From Candidatus Nanohalobium constans (lineage in GTDB: Archaea; Nanohalarchaeota; Nanosalinia; Nanosalinales; Nanosalinaceae): a stretch of 32,000 nt of DNA. The stretch lies in contig NZ_CP040089.1 in NCBI RefSeq assembly GCF_009617975.1, positions 540,001-572,000 of the forward strand, written 5' to 3'. The notes beneath the pieces are model-generated. The model made no database searches. It was not told where the DNA came from and saw nothing but the letters and a program-made list of their open reading frames with translations. The translations under genes and the position numbers were made by a program. Shown in pieces: positions 31,975 to 32,000 of this stretch (the first letter of the stretch is position 1; every line of letters starts with the position of its first letter).

Positions 31975-32000
31975 CAGTTTAATTCACTGTATGCAGTACT

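Noticed and set aside
1-32000. CRISPR arrays, transposases/IS ends, integrases, large direct or inverted repeats
   Set aside because: Reading through all intergenic regions, I saw no regularly spaced repeats and no such gene signatures. The only recurring short nucleotide string noted (TAGAAATCAGT at 3849-3859 and 4612-4622) is the coding sequence of the shared LTDF* tail.

Overview
All calls come from reading the sequence and the ORF track by eye; no searches or computations were run. This is an archaeal chromosomal segment that looks AT-rich (GC not computed). The predicted proteins are strikingly acidic (D/E-rich). Both tRNA genes carry long bulge-helix-bulge introns, many genes look leaderless behind TATA-like boxes, and many stop/start codons overlap. 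I infer a small-genome halophilic archaeon, possibly Nanohaloarchaeota/DPANN-like, but this is inference only.

Secure content:
- glmS 5' part.
- The SRP targeting set: SRP54, FtsY and the 7S/SRP RNA.
- A conserved LX-prefoldin alpha-FtsY operon. The 58-aa LX gene is missing from the ORF track.
- Hef helicase/nuclease, translationally coupled to a DUF460 RuvC/RNase H-like protein.
- A stand-alone 5S rRNA, plus tRNA-Trp(CCA) and tRNA-Cys(GCA).
- Cold-shock protein, MFS transporter, nitroreductase, metallophosphoesterase, PAP2 phosphatase, TraB-like protein, a PqqB-like MBL protein and three tandem Nudix domains.
- A frameshifted inositol-monophosphatase-family gene.

I saw no CRISPR array, transposase or integrase.

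Most interesting candidates:
1. A translationally coupled wHTH / PD-(D/E)xK / Toprim / HD cassette (590-3862).
2. Two adjacent genes ending in the same SLTDF tail, a PIP-box-like C-terminus. One is a compact beta-CASP nuclease (3848-5573). A similar tail sits on a Zn-ribbon protein next to an Hjc-like nuclease (23878-25140).
3. A HerA/FtsK-type ATPase sandwiched between two membrane proteins, inside a nine-gene same-strand string that also holds Hef, DUF460 and an archaeosortase-like protein.
4. A tRNA-Trp intron whose C'/D'-like boxes place C34 at the N+5 position.
5. A solitary HEPN-like protein beside the SRP RNA gene.
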